Positions 1 through 8,751 of a stretch of DNA of 32,000 nt are shown piece after piece. Below the pieces are notes generated by a model. The model was not told where the DNA came from. It saw nothing but the letters and a program-made list of their open reading frames with translations, and made no database searches. The stretch covers positions 1-32,000 of the forward strand of contig CAKSUD010000008.1 of the NCBI GenBank assembly GCA_934500865.1, written 5' to 3'. The position numbers and the translations under genes are program-made. This DNA is from an uncultured Clostridia bacterium (GTDB taxonomy: Bacteria; Bacillota; Clostridia; TANB77; RGIG9151). The first letter of the stretch is position 1. Every line of letters begins with the position of its first letter.

Positions 1-69
1 ATATATATGTATACAAATGGGCATTTTTTTGGTAAAATACATAATGTAATTGGGATGGAGGAATGTTTT

Positions 70-909
70 ATGGATAGATTAATAAAAGGTTTTGCCTTTG
101 ATGGACAAGTTAGATTAGTGGCTATATCTTCAGCCGATTTAGTTCAAAAAGCACTTGATATACATGGGTTGTCACCTGTTGCGACTGCTGCGCTTGGAAG
201 ACTTTTGACTGGTGGTGCGATAATGGGAGCAATGCTTAAAAATGAGGATGATAAGCTTACCCTTATACTAAAGGGTGATGGGCCTCTTGGAAACGCAGTT
301 GTTTGTGCAAATAAGAATGCTATTGTAAAAGGGTATGTTCAAAATCCGGTTGTAGATTTGCCTTTGACAGAAAAAGGGAAGCTAGATGTTGGAAATGCAG
401 TGGGAAAGAATGGTTTACTTACAGTTGTTAAGGATATTGGACTAAAGCAACCTGAGGCTGGAAGTATTGAAATAACTACTGGTGAAATTGGAACTGAACT
501 AGCTGATTATTATCTTACTTCTGAACAAATACCTACTGCAATTGAAGTTGGGCTTTCTGTTACAAAAGAGGCTAAGATAAGTTCGGCTGGTGGATATTTA
601 GTACAACTTATGCCGGGAACAGATTCCGCCATTATTGATATGATAGAGGGAAGAATTAATAATATGCTTCCGACTGAGGAATTAATAAAGAAAGGTTTTA
701 CTTTAGAAGAAATATTAATGGCGGTTTCTGGAGATGATAATATTACTGTTTTAGAGGAAATGGTTCCTAAATTTTCTTGTGATTGTTCAAGAGAAAGAAT
801 GGAACAGGCACTAAAAACTATATCTGAGGAAGAACGTAAAAAAATGATTGAGCAAGATGGATGTATTGAAATGAAATGTAGTTTTTGCGGAAGAGTAGAA
901 AAATGGTAG
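70..909 (+). CDS. hslO: Hsp33 redox-regulated chaperone
   Basis: The N-terminus MDRLIKGFAFDGQVRLVAI... and GRLLTGGAIMGAMLK are typical of Hsp33. The C-terminus carries the CxC...CxxC zinc/redox switch (CDCSRE...CSFCG). GGAGGA lies 7 nt upstream of the ATG at 70, so this start is preferred over the ORF-track start at 7. Confidence 0.9.
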   Translation: MDRLIKGFAFDGQVRLVAISSADLVQKALDIHGLSPVATAALGRLLTGGAIMGAMLKNEDDKLTLILKGDGPLGNAVVCANKNAIVKGYVQNPVVDLPLTEKGKLDVGNAVGKNGLLTVVKDIGLKQPEAGSIEITTGEIGTELADYYLTSEQIPTAIEVGLSVTKEAKISSAGGYLVQLMPGTDSAIIDMIEGRINNMLPTEELIKKGFTLEEILMAVSGDDNITVLEEMVPKFSCDCSRERMEQALKTISEEERKKMIEQDGCIEMKCSFCGRVEKW

Positions 910-941
910 TATGAATTTTGGAAAAAGGGGAGAGTTAAGCT

Positions 942-1421
942 ATGGAAGAAATGATTGAAATTTTGAAAAAACAATATGAAATTTATCAAGAAATACTTAA
1001 GATTTCTGAAAAGAAAACCGATATTGTTGTGAAGGATAAAGTGGATGAATTGAAAGAATTAGTTGATAGTGAAGAAGAACTGATTGGTAAGTTCATTGTC
1101 CTTGAAAAACGTAGACTTTCCATAGTTAAAGAGTTTGGAAAATCAAAGGGAATTACCGGAGTGTTAAAAATTCCGGAATTGTGTGAATATTTTCCAGAAA
1201 ATAAGGAAGAGTTAATGAGGCTTAGGGAAGATATTTTAAGCATTACTAAGAAAATAAATGAAAAGAACAAGTTAAATGAAAAATTAATTAAAAACTCACT
1301 TGATTATATTAATTTCTCTGTTGGACTTATTACCGGAACAGGTAGTGAGCCGCTTACTTATGGAAAGTACGGGGAAGCTAATAAGAATGAAGCAAAGAAG
1401 TTTTTGGATATATCGCTATAA
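942..1421 (+). CDS. flgN: FlgN-like flagellar export chaperone
   Basis: 159-aa protein with helical, coiled-coil-like composition. It sits immediately upstream of flgK, as in the Firmicute flgM-flgN-flgK-flgL order. The call rests on position and composition, not on a strong motif. Confidence 0.55.
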   Translation: MEEMIEILKKQYEIYQEILKISEKKTDIVVKDKVDELKELVDSEEELIGKFIVLEKRRLSIVKEFGKSKGITGVLKIPELCEYFPENKEELMRLREDILSITKKINEKNKLNEKLIKNSLDYINFSVGLITGTGSEPLTYGKYGEANKNEAKKFLDISL

Positions 1422-1495
1422 GAAGTTTAATTTAAGTGATTTAGGAAGTGCAAGTTTTAAGTAAAAGGTCGTTTAAAAAAGGGGTTGAAAGAATA

Positions 1496-3904
1496 ATGAT
1501 AGCATTTAGCAGAGCTATTAGCGGACTTAGGGTAGCAGAACAAAACTTATATGTTACAAGTAATAACATATCTAACGTTAATACTGAAGGTTATCATAGA
1601 CAACGCTTAGTTCAAAGCGAATTGCAAAAGACGTCAAGGGGTAATTTTAGCGTAGGACTTGGTGTAGATGCCAGTCATGTTAAACAGGTAAGGTTAGAGT
1701 ACTTAGAAACTAATTACAGAAATGAATTACCGGCTCTTGGTGAATATAAAATGGAATCTCAAGTATATAATAGCTTACAGTCTATTATAGGGTCTGATGG
1801 TTCTTCGCTCCAAGATACACTAAGTAACTTGTGGGAATCTTTTAATGAGCTTTCAAAAGAATATACAACGTCTGTTGCGGGTGGATATTTGAGAGAAAAT
1901 GCAGTTGCATTGGTTGGAGAATTTAATGGAATAGAGGACCAACTTATAAAAATGCAAAATGAGTTGGATATAGAAGTAGATAATGTTGTTGAAAAAATAA
2001 ATGATTATGCTAAACGAATAGCAAATTTAAATGACAGAATAACAAGTGGCGAGGCAGGCGGAGTTTTGTGCTGTGAACTTAGAGATAGCAGAGAGAGCCT
2101 TATTGCTGGACTTGCTGAGTTAATAGATATTCAGGTTGAAGATTTTTCTGATACTGCGGTTAATATAAGATGTGGAAATGGACATTTAGTTGTAGGAACT
2201 AATACAAATAGACTTTCTACAGCACAAAATATAGATAAAAGTACCTTTAGAAATCCGGTTTGGGAAAGCACAGGTCAAGCGGTAGAAGTTAATTCCGGTA
2301 CATTAAAAGGCATATTAGATATGCGTGGAGAGAATGTAGTTGGAAACTATGCTTCTTCTACAAACGGTAGCCCTAAAGAGAAAATGGATGTTGTTGTTAG
2401 CATTGATAAAGATTTATCATTAGCTAATATAGAGCGTATGAGAAATAACATAACTACAATGATGAGTACACTAGATAGACAAGGAGCTAACTATCAGTTT
2501 TATACAAATAACGGCGAAAAAATTGATGGAAATACATTAAAACTATATACAGACTATTTATATGGCTCTAAGATGTCTGAGATTTTAGATGGTTATGCGG
2601 GAGATAACAAGTCATTTACAGATTTTATCGATTCGGTTAAAGGTACTGTTAATCCTGAACAGGTAATAAAAGAATATATGGAAGATAAGGGAGTTACATT
2701 AGATTTATTAAAAAATCAGTTTGCCGGTGACGAAGAAATGCTCTCTCAAATCGAAGCTTATGAATTAGCGGGTGGGGATTCGGTTATTGGTTTCCAAATG
2801 TATGTGAGAGATATTCCTGGAAAAGAAACCTTATCAGATGAAGTTCAAGATTACTTAAATGGAACAATTCTTACTGTTGATGGACTAAAAGGTTACATAG
2901 AAGACGAAATGGTAAATATTCCGGTTAAAAAGGTAGGTGAAATAGATAAATTAATTAATTCTAGTTCATCTAAAGTGTTAGATAATATTGATAAATATGA
3001 TACGTTTATAAAATACAGAGAAGACAGTAATAAATATATGTTGGTATTTACTGATCAAAGGATAGACCCAGGTACAGATATTGAGCATACTACTGCTATG
3101 TTAAATAAGATAGATATGAGATTAATTACTATTACTAATGAGGCTTCTTCTAAGGACTGGATGAAGTTAGCACAGGACACAGGTGGAAATGTTTTAAGTA
3201 TTGAAGATTTTGATAGTAAAGATGGCGCTGAGAATTTGGGTCTTGCAATTTCTAGAGATTTTAATTCGAGATTAGATGCAACCGAAAATACAGATGGAAT
3301 TCCGGCTTTCCGTGCGGGTTTAAATAAGATACTAAATGGATTGACCAATGAAGTTAATGCTATTTTCCGTCAAGGAGCTAATATTTACGGCAATAGGCAC
3401 GGAGATGTAATTAAAGATGAATTTGGGAATGATGTAATAGATGATGAAACGGGAAAACCTTCTACATATAATTTAGATTTATTCTTAAAAATTGATGAAA
3501 AGCTTCCTTTACAGATGGGAAATATTAAAATTAATCCGTTATTTTCCGATTTAAATAATATGCCTTTATCCTTGACTGGGGATACGGGAGATTTCCAAAT
3601 AGGAAGAATGTTAGTTGATTTGACTAATACTGATGTATTTAATAATGGTAATAGTTATTCTACTGTTGATGAACAATATGCAAGTTTCATTTTGAATTTT
3701 GGACAGGCGGCGAACATTGCCATAAGTGGAGCCGAGACGCAAGAAAATGTTCTTACTGCGGCAAGTGAGAAACTAAGTGCTGTCAGTGGTGTATCTATGG
3801 ATGAGGAACTTAGCAATATGGTTAAGTTTCAATATAGTTATACAGCCGCTTCAAAAATGATTAAAATAGTTGATGAAATGTTAGAGACGGTTATAAATAT
3901 TTAA
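1496..3904 (+). CDS. flgK: Flagellar hook-associated protein 1 (FlgK), long paralog with a large central insertion
   Basis: N-terminal axial-protein motif (SGLRVAEQNLYVTSNNISNVNTEGYHRQ). C-terminal FlgK motif (MDEELSNMVKFQYSYTAASKMIKIVDEMLETV). The ATG at 1496 follows a GGGG-rich RBS. The ORF-track GTG at 1448 is a possible alternative start. Confidence 0.85.
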   Translation: MIAFSRAISGLRVAEQNLYVTSNNISNVNTEGYHRQRLVQSELQKTSRGNFSVGLGVDASHVKQVRLEYLETNYRNELPALGEYKMESQVYNSLQSIIGSDGSSLQDTLSNLWESFNELSKEYTTSVAGGYLRENAVALVGEFNGIEDQLIKMQNELDIEVDNVVEKINDYAKRIANLNDRITSGEAGGVLCCELRDSRESLIAGLAELIDIQVEDFSDTAVNIRCGNGHLVVGTNTNRLSTAQNIDKSTFRNPVWESTGQAVEVNSGTLKGILDMRGENVVGNYASSTNGSPKEKMDVVVSIDKDLSLANIERMRNNITTMMSTLDRQGANYQFYTNNGEKIDGNTLKLYTDYLYGSKMSEILDGYAGDNKSFTDFIDSVKGTVNPEQVIKEYMEDKGVTLDLLKNQFAGDEEMLSQIEAYELAGGDSVIGFQMYVRDIPGKETLSDEVQDYLNGTILTVDGLKGYIEDEMVNIPVKKVGEIDKLINSSSSKVLDNIDKYDTFIKYREDSNKYMLVFTDQRIDPGTDIEHTTAMLNKIDMRLITITNEASSKDWMKLAQDTGGNVLSIEDFDSKDGAENLGLAISRDFNSRLDATENTDGIPAFRAGLNKILNGLTNEVNAIFRQGANIYGNRHGDVIKDEFGNDVIDDETGKPSTYNLDLFLKIDEKLPLQMGNIKINPLFSDLNNMPLSLTGDTGDFQIGRMLVDLTNTDVFNNGNSYSTVDEQYASFILNFGQAANIAISGAETQENVLTAASEKLSAVSGVSMDEELSNMVKFQYSYTAASKMIKIVDEMLETVINI

Positions 3905-3929
3905 GGTCGTATAAGAGGAGTGAAAGATA

Positions 3930-5504
3930 ATGAGGACAGGTTCTTTTGCAGGACTGAATTTATCGCTTAGAGCATTATATTCTAGCACAAAGGCAATGGA
4001 TGTTACATCTCAAAATATTGCCAATGTTGGAACTAAAGGTTACACAAGACGTGTTGCACAGTTTAAGACTTTTGGACAGGACGCAACAGGTATTACAGAA
4101 CCTATTTTTGGATTAGGAGCTGATTGTGTTAGTGCTGAGCGAATGAGAGATGAATATTTAGATACTAAGATGTGGAATCAAAGTTCTATTTCTAGTGAAT
4201 GGTCTACAAAGAATGAGTATTATCTTGAACTTGAGAAGATTATAAACGAATCTTCTGTTTCGGGTTTGGTTGGAGCGATTGATGAGTTTAGTGCGGCTAT
4301 GAATGATTTTGCAAACAATCCGTCAAGTACTACATACAGGTATTTAGTTCAAAACAAAGGCGTTCAGCTTACAAATTATTTTAATGAAACTGCGGTGCAA
4401 TTAGAAGAACTTCAAGTTGAATTAAATAATAAGGTAAAAGAACAAGTCGATGAAATAAATGATTTAGCTAAGCGAATTGCAGATTTGGATGTTAAGATAA
4501 GGAATAATGAAATAACAGGCAGAGAAAGTAATTTGTTAAGAGATGAAAGAGACTTATTAATAGACAGTCTGGCTGAATTTGGAGATATAGAGGTTACTGA
4601 AAAAACATACGGAAAGCTTATAAACGGAAGCGATGATGTTAGAATAACCGTAAAATTTGCTGGAACTGTTATGATAGACCATGGTAATTATAGAGAACTT
4701 GAGATTTCAAAGCGTGTAGATAAGAAAAATGCCGAGGATGTTGAGGGACTATATGATGTAGGTTGGAAAGATGGTGCAACTCTTACTTTATCATCCGGTA
4801 AACTAAAGTCCACAATGGAATTAAGAGATGGTAATGGAAGCGATGATACTGGTTGGGTAAAAGGTGTACCTCATTATATAGATGAGCTTAACAAGATAGC
4901 TAGAAATTTTGCAATGGCATTTAATGAAGGAATTGTAAATGGTCAAAAAGTAAGTAAGGGGTATGCAGAAGGTTATACTTTTAATTCGGCAGAAGATGCA
5001 ACTCAACCTGCAGGATTAAGGTTTTTCTGTACAAACGAAAGATATTCTAATGAATTTGCTAATGGATGGCAGACAAATGCCGATATAATAGATGGATACC
5101 AAGAATTGAATGCAAAAAATATTTCTCTTTCTAAAGAAACTTTAGATGATGTAGGAAATTTATTTAAGTCATTTGATAGCCCACTAAATAATAATGATAC
5201 AGAGTCAATAAAGAGCCTTCTTGATTTTAAGGAAAATAGGGAGCTGTTTGGTACATCAAATTTAGAGGATTATGTATCCGGAATGATTACCAATTTGGGT
5301 GTTGATGCGGATGTTTCTAAGAAACTTTATAAATCGCATACATCTATAATGACTCAATTAGAAAATCAAAGAGATGCGTATTCTGGAGTTTCTTTAGATG
5401 AAGAAGCGACTAACTTAGTTAGATACCAACAGATGTATAAGGCTGCTGCTAAGGTAATGTCAACATTTTCTGAGATATATGAGGTATTGGTAAACACGAT
5501 TTAA
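3930..5504 (+). CDS. flgK: Flagellar hook-associated protein 1 (FlgK), standard-length paralog
   Basis: N-terminal motif LRALYSSTKAMDVTSQNIANVGTKGYTRR. C-terminal motif LDEEATNLVRYQQMYKAAAKVMSTFSEI. RBS AGAGGAG lies upstream. Confidence 0.85.
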   Translation: MRTGSFAGLNLSLRALYSSTKAMDVTSQNIANVGTKGYTRRVAQFKTFGQDATGITEPIFGLGADCVSAERMRDEYLDTKMWNQSSISSEWSTKNEYYLELEKIINESSVSGLVGAIDEFSAAMNDFANNPSSTTYRYLVQNKGVQLTNYFNETAVQLEELQVELNNKVKEQVDEINDLAKRIADLDVKIRNNEITGRESNLLRDERDLLIDSLAEFGDIEVTEKTYGKLINGSDDVRITVKFAGTVMIDHGNYRELEISKRVDKKNAEDVEGLYDVGWKDGATLTLSSGKLKSTMELRDGNGSDDTGWVKGVPHYIDELNKIARNFAMAFNEGIVNGQKVSKGYAEGYTFNSAEDATQPAGLRFFCTNERYSNEFANGWQTNADIIDGYQELNAKNISLSKETLDDVGNLFKSFDSPLNNNDTESIKSLLDFKENRELFGTSNLEDYVSGMITNLGVDADVSKKLYKSHTSIMTQLENQRDAYSGVSLDEEATNLVRYQQMYKAAAKVMSTFSEIYEVLVNTI

Positions 5505-5519
5505 GGACGGTGAAGAAAA

Positions 5520-6431
5520 ATGCGTTTAACGAATAATATGGTTATAAGGAATTTCGTGAGAAATGTGGGTATAACAGCCGGAAATGTTAATAAATATCAA
5601 ACACAAATTCAAACGGGGAAATCATTTCAATATGCATCAGATGCACCTATTTCTGCTGCAAAGTCTATAAGATATAAATCGAAAATTGCTCAGCTAGAGC
5701 AAAGCGAAAAGAACATAGAGGATGCAAACGAATTAATGAAGGTAACTGAATCTGCATTAAATAGTTATAATGACATCTTACAAAGAATAAGTGAGCTTGC
5801 TGTTGATGCTGCTAACGGTACAAGAGGCGATGAAGAAAGAGAAGCTATTGCTACCGAGATTAATCAGCTAAAAAGTGAGATTGTAAGTATAGCAAATACA
5901 AAATATAACGGAAGATATATTTTCTCCGGATTTGAAACAGAAAAAACCTTGTTAAATGACGACGGAACTTATAATATGGACGTTACAACAATGGGATTGG
6001 GAAAAGAGGCTATTAATTACAGCATTGGTTTTGGAAGTTCAATTCAAGTAAATACCCTAGGACCCGATGTTTTTGGTGGAAGGGGCGAAGAGGGCGAGAA
6101 AGCCGGTGTAATAAACAATATAGATAATTTGATTAATGCAATGAAAAATGGTGACAGCCCTGAGATAAGAAAAGCAGGAGCAGCACTTGAGGATGACTTG
6201 CAGATATGTTTAGATTCTTTGGCGGATATCGGTGCAAAGATGAATAGACTAGAGCTTACAAAAAATAGAGTTGCAAACAGCTTAACTAATATTACTGAAT
6301 CTTTAAGCTTAAATGAAGATGCCGATTATGCAGAAGCGGCTACTAACCTGGCTAATTCTAAAACAATATATGAAGCGGCTTTAGCTGCAGGCGCAAAGAC
6401 ACTTTCTATTTCATTAATGGATTACATTTAA
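5520..6431 (+). CDS. flgL: Flagellar hook-associated protein 3 (FlgL)
   Basis: Flagellin-like N-terminus (MRLTNNM...NVNKYQTQIQTGK) and C-terminus. 303 aa. Located directly after flgK. Confidence 0.85.
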   Translation: MRLTNNMVIRNFVRNVGITAGNVNKYQTQIQTGKSFQYASDAPISAAKSIRYKSKIAQLEQSEKNIEDANELMKVTESALNSYNDILQRISELAVDAANGTRGDEEREAIATEINQLKSEIVSIANTKYNGRYIFSGFETEKTLLNDDGTYNMDVTTMGLGKEAINYSIGFGSSIQVNTLGPDVFGGRGEEGEKAGVINNIDNLINAMKNGDSPEIRKAGAALEDDLQICLDSLADIGAKMNRLELTKNRVANSLTNITESLSLNEDADYAEAATNLANSKTIYEAALAAGAKTLSISLMDYI

Positions 6432-6436
6432 ACTAT

Positions 6437-6465
6437 AAAAAGGACTCCGTCTGGAGTCCTTTTTT
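6437..6465. terminator. Bidirectional intrinsic terminator shared by flgL and the convergent ORFan
   Basis: aaaa-AGGACTCC-gtct-GGAGTCCT-ttttt: a perfect 8-bp stem flanked by an A-run and a T-run. Confidence 0.75.
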
Positions 6466-7225
6466 AATGGAATTTATATCTTAATGTTTCTGAGCTTTTT
6501 TGCTTAATTAAAGCTTTATAGTATTTTATATCCGGATTTTTATATTGCATATATTCTAAATCTTTTATTATTCCACTGGCTACAAAGTAGTCTTTTTTTA
6601 TTATAGATAAATCTAAGTTTAATTTTTTTGAGTACACATATACATCAGGCAACTCTAGTGCAGCAGATAAATAAGTAAGCAACTTTGCTAATTCGGAACT
6701 TAATTCGACATCGGGTAGTACATCACTTCCAAGTACACTACAAATGTCTTTTAGGGCATTTTCTAAATCATTATTGTATATTTTCTTTAATATTTCAGGA
6801 TATTCAAGTAAAAATTCAACACTATTTAAATCATATAGATAAACATTGTGATGCATAACATCAAGTAATTTATCTGTACATTCAGAATCTCTTTCACAAA
6901 TGGTATATGCATCTAACATTTTACTAAATACATTAGAATAAAAAGTATTAGATGATATATTTTTAAATGTTGTTGAGCGTCTGTTTCTTGAAATATAAGC
7001 TAAAATCTTTTGTGTGATTTTTGAATTAACTATGTTATATAAAGTAGGTATTCTTTGACCGAGAGAAAGAGGAGAGCCAGTTAGTTCATTTATAAAATCA
7101 CAGATTATGTTGTAGGTGTTTAGGTATACTTCTTGCTCTTCAACAGGGCTATTTGCATTTTTTATGCCTGCTTCAAGCATTAATCTTGCAGTTTCTAAGT
7201 TTGAATTATAGTCAAATAATTTCAT
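6464..7225 (-). CDS. Hypothetical protein (253 aa), no recognisable family
   Basis: Long ORF with strong RBS (GGAGGTGGG, 7-nt spacing) and A/T-rich codon usage typical of the window. It ends in the shared terminator. Confidence 0.6.
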   Translation of the reverse strand: MKLFDYNSNLETARLMLEAGIKNANSPVEEQEVYLNTYNIICDFINELTGSPLSLGQRIPTLYNIVNSKITQKILAYISRNRRSTTFKNISSNTFYSNVFSKMLDAYTICERDSECTDKLLDVMHHNVYLYDLNSVEFLLEYPEILKKIYNNDLENALKDICSVLGSDVLPDVELSSELAKLLTYLSAALELPDVYVYSKKLNLDLSIIKKDYFVASGIIKDLEYMQYKNPDIKYYKALIKQKSSETLRYKFH

Positions 7226-7319
7226 TTTCCCACCTCCAACATAATTTATTCTATGATATTTTTTTTAGAAAAAAAAGACTTGACTTTTATATTTTTTTGC
7301 AGTCCCTCCAAAAACATTC

Positions 7320-7348
7320 TTTACTTTATAACAAAATTAAGATAGAAT
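7320..7348 (+). promoter_or_regulatory. Candidate sigma-A promoter for the GNAT-ANT(6) operon
   Basis: TTTACT, 17-nt spacer, TAGAAT, about 48 nt upstream of the start codon. Confidence 0.3.
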
Positions 7349-7395
7349 ATGTTAAACGAACTAATTAAATGTAGAAGTATACAGAGGTGTTAAAA

Positions 7396-8742
7396 ATGTT
7401 AATTAATATAAAGAAAATCACATTGAATAAAAATGACTATATGGATTTATTACTACTTGCAGACCCTTCTAAAAAAATGGTTAATTCATATTTAAATAAA
7501 GGAGATATGTTTGTCTTAAGTGTAAATGGTGAGGCGGTTTGTGAGGCTGTTGTTATAAAGATTTCTGATAATGTTTGTGAACTTAAAAATCTAGCTACTA
7601 AAAAAGAATATCAAGGTAGTGGTTTTGGCAAGCAAATGCTACAACATTTGTTCCAATATTATAAAAATACGTTTAATACAATGCTTGTTGGAACATCTTC
7701 ACCGACATTTTATGAGAAATTTGGTTTTGAATATTCACATACAGTTTCTAATTTCTTTGTTGATAATTATGATGAGCCAATTATAGATAATGGTGTAAAG
7801 TGCATAGATATGACCTATTTGAAAAAGGATTTGCATACAAAGACTAAAGCTGTTACAAGGTCGGAAGAATCGGTTATGTCATTAATTCTTGATGTAGCCA
7901 AGAAAGATACACGTGTAAGGGCAGTTTGTATGAATGGCTCTAGGGTAAATCCTAAAGCTCCTAAGGATTTTTTCCAAGATTATGATATTGTATTCCTAGT
8001 TGATGATTTTGATAGTTTTGTTGCAACATCTGCGTGGTTAAATGTATTTGGAAGAAGACTTATTATGCAAGTTCCGTCACAAATGGGTGACAATATGAAA
8101 GAAGTGCAAGAAAAAAAGAAAATCACATATTTAATGCAATTTGTTGATGGAAACAGAATAGATTTAACTGTTTTATCATATGATAAACGAAATGAATACT
8201 TAAAGTCTGATTCACTTACACAAATACTTTTGGATAAGGATAATAAACTTCCTAAAATCCCTGAGGCATCTGACAAGGATTATTGGATTAAAAAGCCGAC
8301 AGAAAAGGAATACAACGATTGCTGTAATGAGTTTTGGTGGATTTGTACTTATGTTGCTAAGGGACTTTGGAGAAAAGAATTATTATATGCAACATATCAT
8401 CTTGAAATGAATATTAGAAAAGAATTATTAAAAATGCTTAGATGGAAAATTGCAATTGAAAATGATTTTGAAGTAACAACCGGGAAATGTGATAAGTATA
8501 TTGAAAATTATTTGCCAAAAGAGATGTTCGATAAACTTATGAGAAGCTTTGATATGTCAGACAGCGAAAGATGTTGGGATTCAATGTTCCTAATGATAGA
8601 CTTATTTAGACGTGCGGCAAGTTTTGTTTCTGAAAAAATCGGATATGAATATAATTCGGAAGATGACAAGAATGTGTATGCATTTTTAAGACATGTTCGT
8701 ACATTACCTAGAAATGCTAGGGCTTTATATGATAATAACTAG
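7396..8742 (+). CDS. Fusion protein: N-terminal GNAT N-acetyltransferase plus C-terminal aminoglycoside 6-nucleotidyltransferase (ANT(6)/AadK family)
   Basis: The N-terminal ~150 aa has the GNAT acetyl-CoA motif region (KKEYQGSGFGKQML...YEKFGFE). The C-terminal ~285 aa aligns by eye with B. subtilis AadK (NGSRVNPKAPKDFFQDYDIVFLV; YWIKKPTEKEYNDCCNEFWW). AGAGG lies 8 nt upstream of the ATG at 7396. Confidence 0.8.
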   Translation: MLINIKKITLNKNDYMDLLLLADPSKKMVNSYLNKGDMFVLSVNGEAVCEAVVIKISDNVCELKNLATKKEYQGSGFGKQMLQHLFQYYKNTFNTMLVGTSSPTFYEKFGFEYSHTVSNFFVDNYDEPIIDNGVKCIDMTYLKKDLHTKTKAVTRSEESVMSLILDVAKKDTRVRAVCMNGSRVNPKAPKDFFQDYDIVFLVDDFDSFVATSAWLNVFGRRLIMQVPSQMGDNMKEVQEKKKITYLMQFVDGNRIDLTVLSYDKRNEYLKSDSLTQILLDKDNKLPKIPEASDKDYWIKKPTEKEYNDCCNEFWWICTYVAKGLWRKELLYATYHLEMNIRKELLKMLRWKIAIENDFEVTTGKCDKYIENYLPKEMFDKLMRSFDMSDSERCWDSMFLMIDLFRRAASFVSEKIGYEYNSEDDKNVYAFLRHVRTLPRNARALYDNN

Positions 8743-8751
8743 GAGGTTCTG

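Noticed and set aside
510-1270. Minus-strand ORFs (510-989, 986-1270). Similar antisense ORFs lie inside flgK, recD2, fliK, flgD, flgE, recX and scpA (e.g. 3055-3348, 4821-5006, 7980-8276, 10434-11870, 22843-23451, 24412-24735, 24880-25170, 26835-27305, 30088-30387, 31419-31664).
   Set aside because: These are shadow ORFs opposite well-supported genes. They have low-complexity, Ser/Leu/Phe/Ile-rich translations and no RBS. They are a typical artefact of A/T-rich coding DNA.
7259-7278. A T8-AG-A8 palindrome in the divergent promoter region between the ORFan and the GNAT-ANT(6) gene.
   Set aside because: It is a pure A/T tract, likely promoter-associated curvature or UP-element-like DNA. It has no specific recognisable operator.
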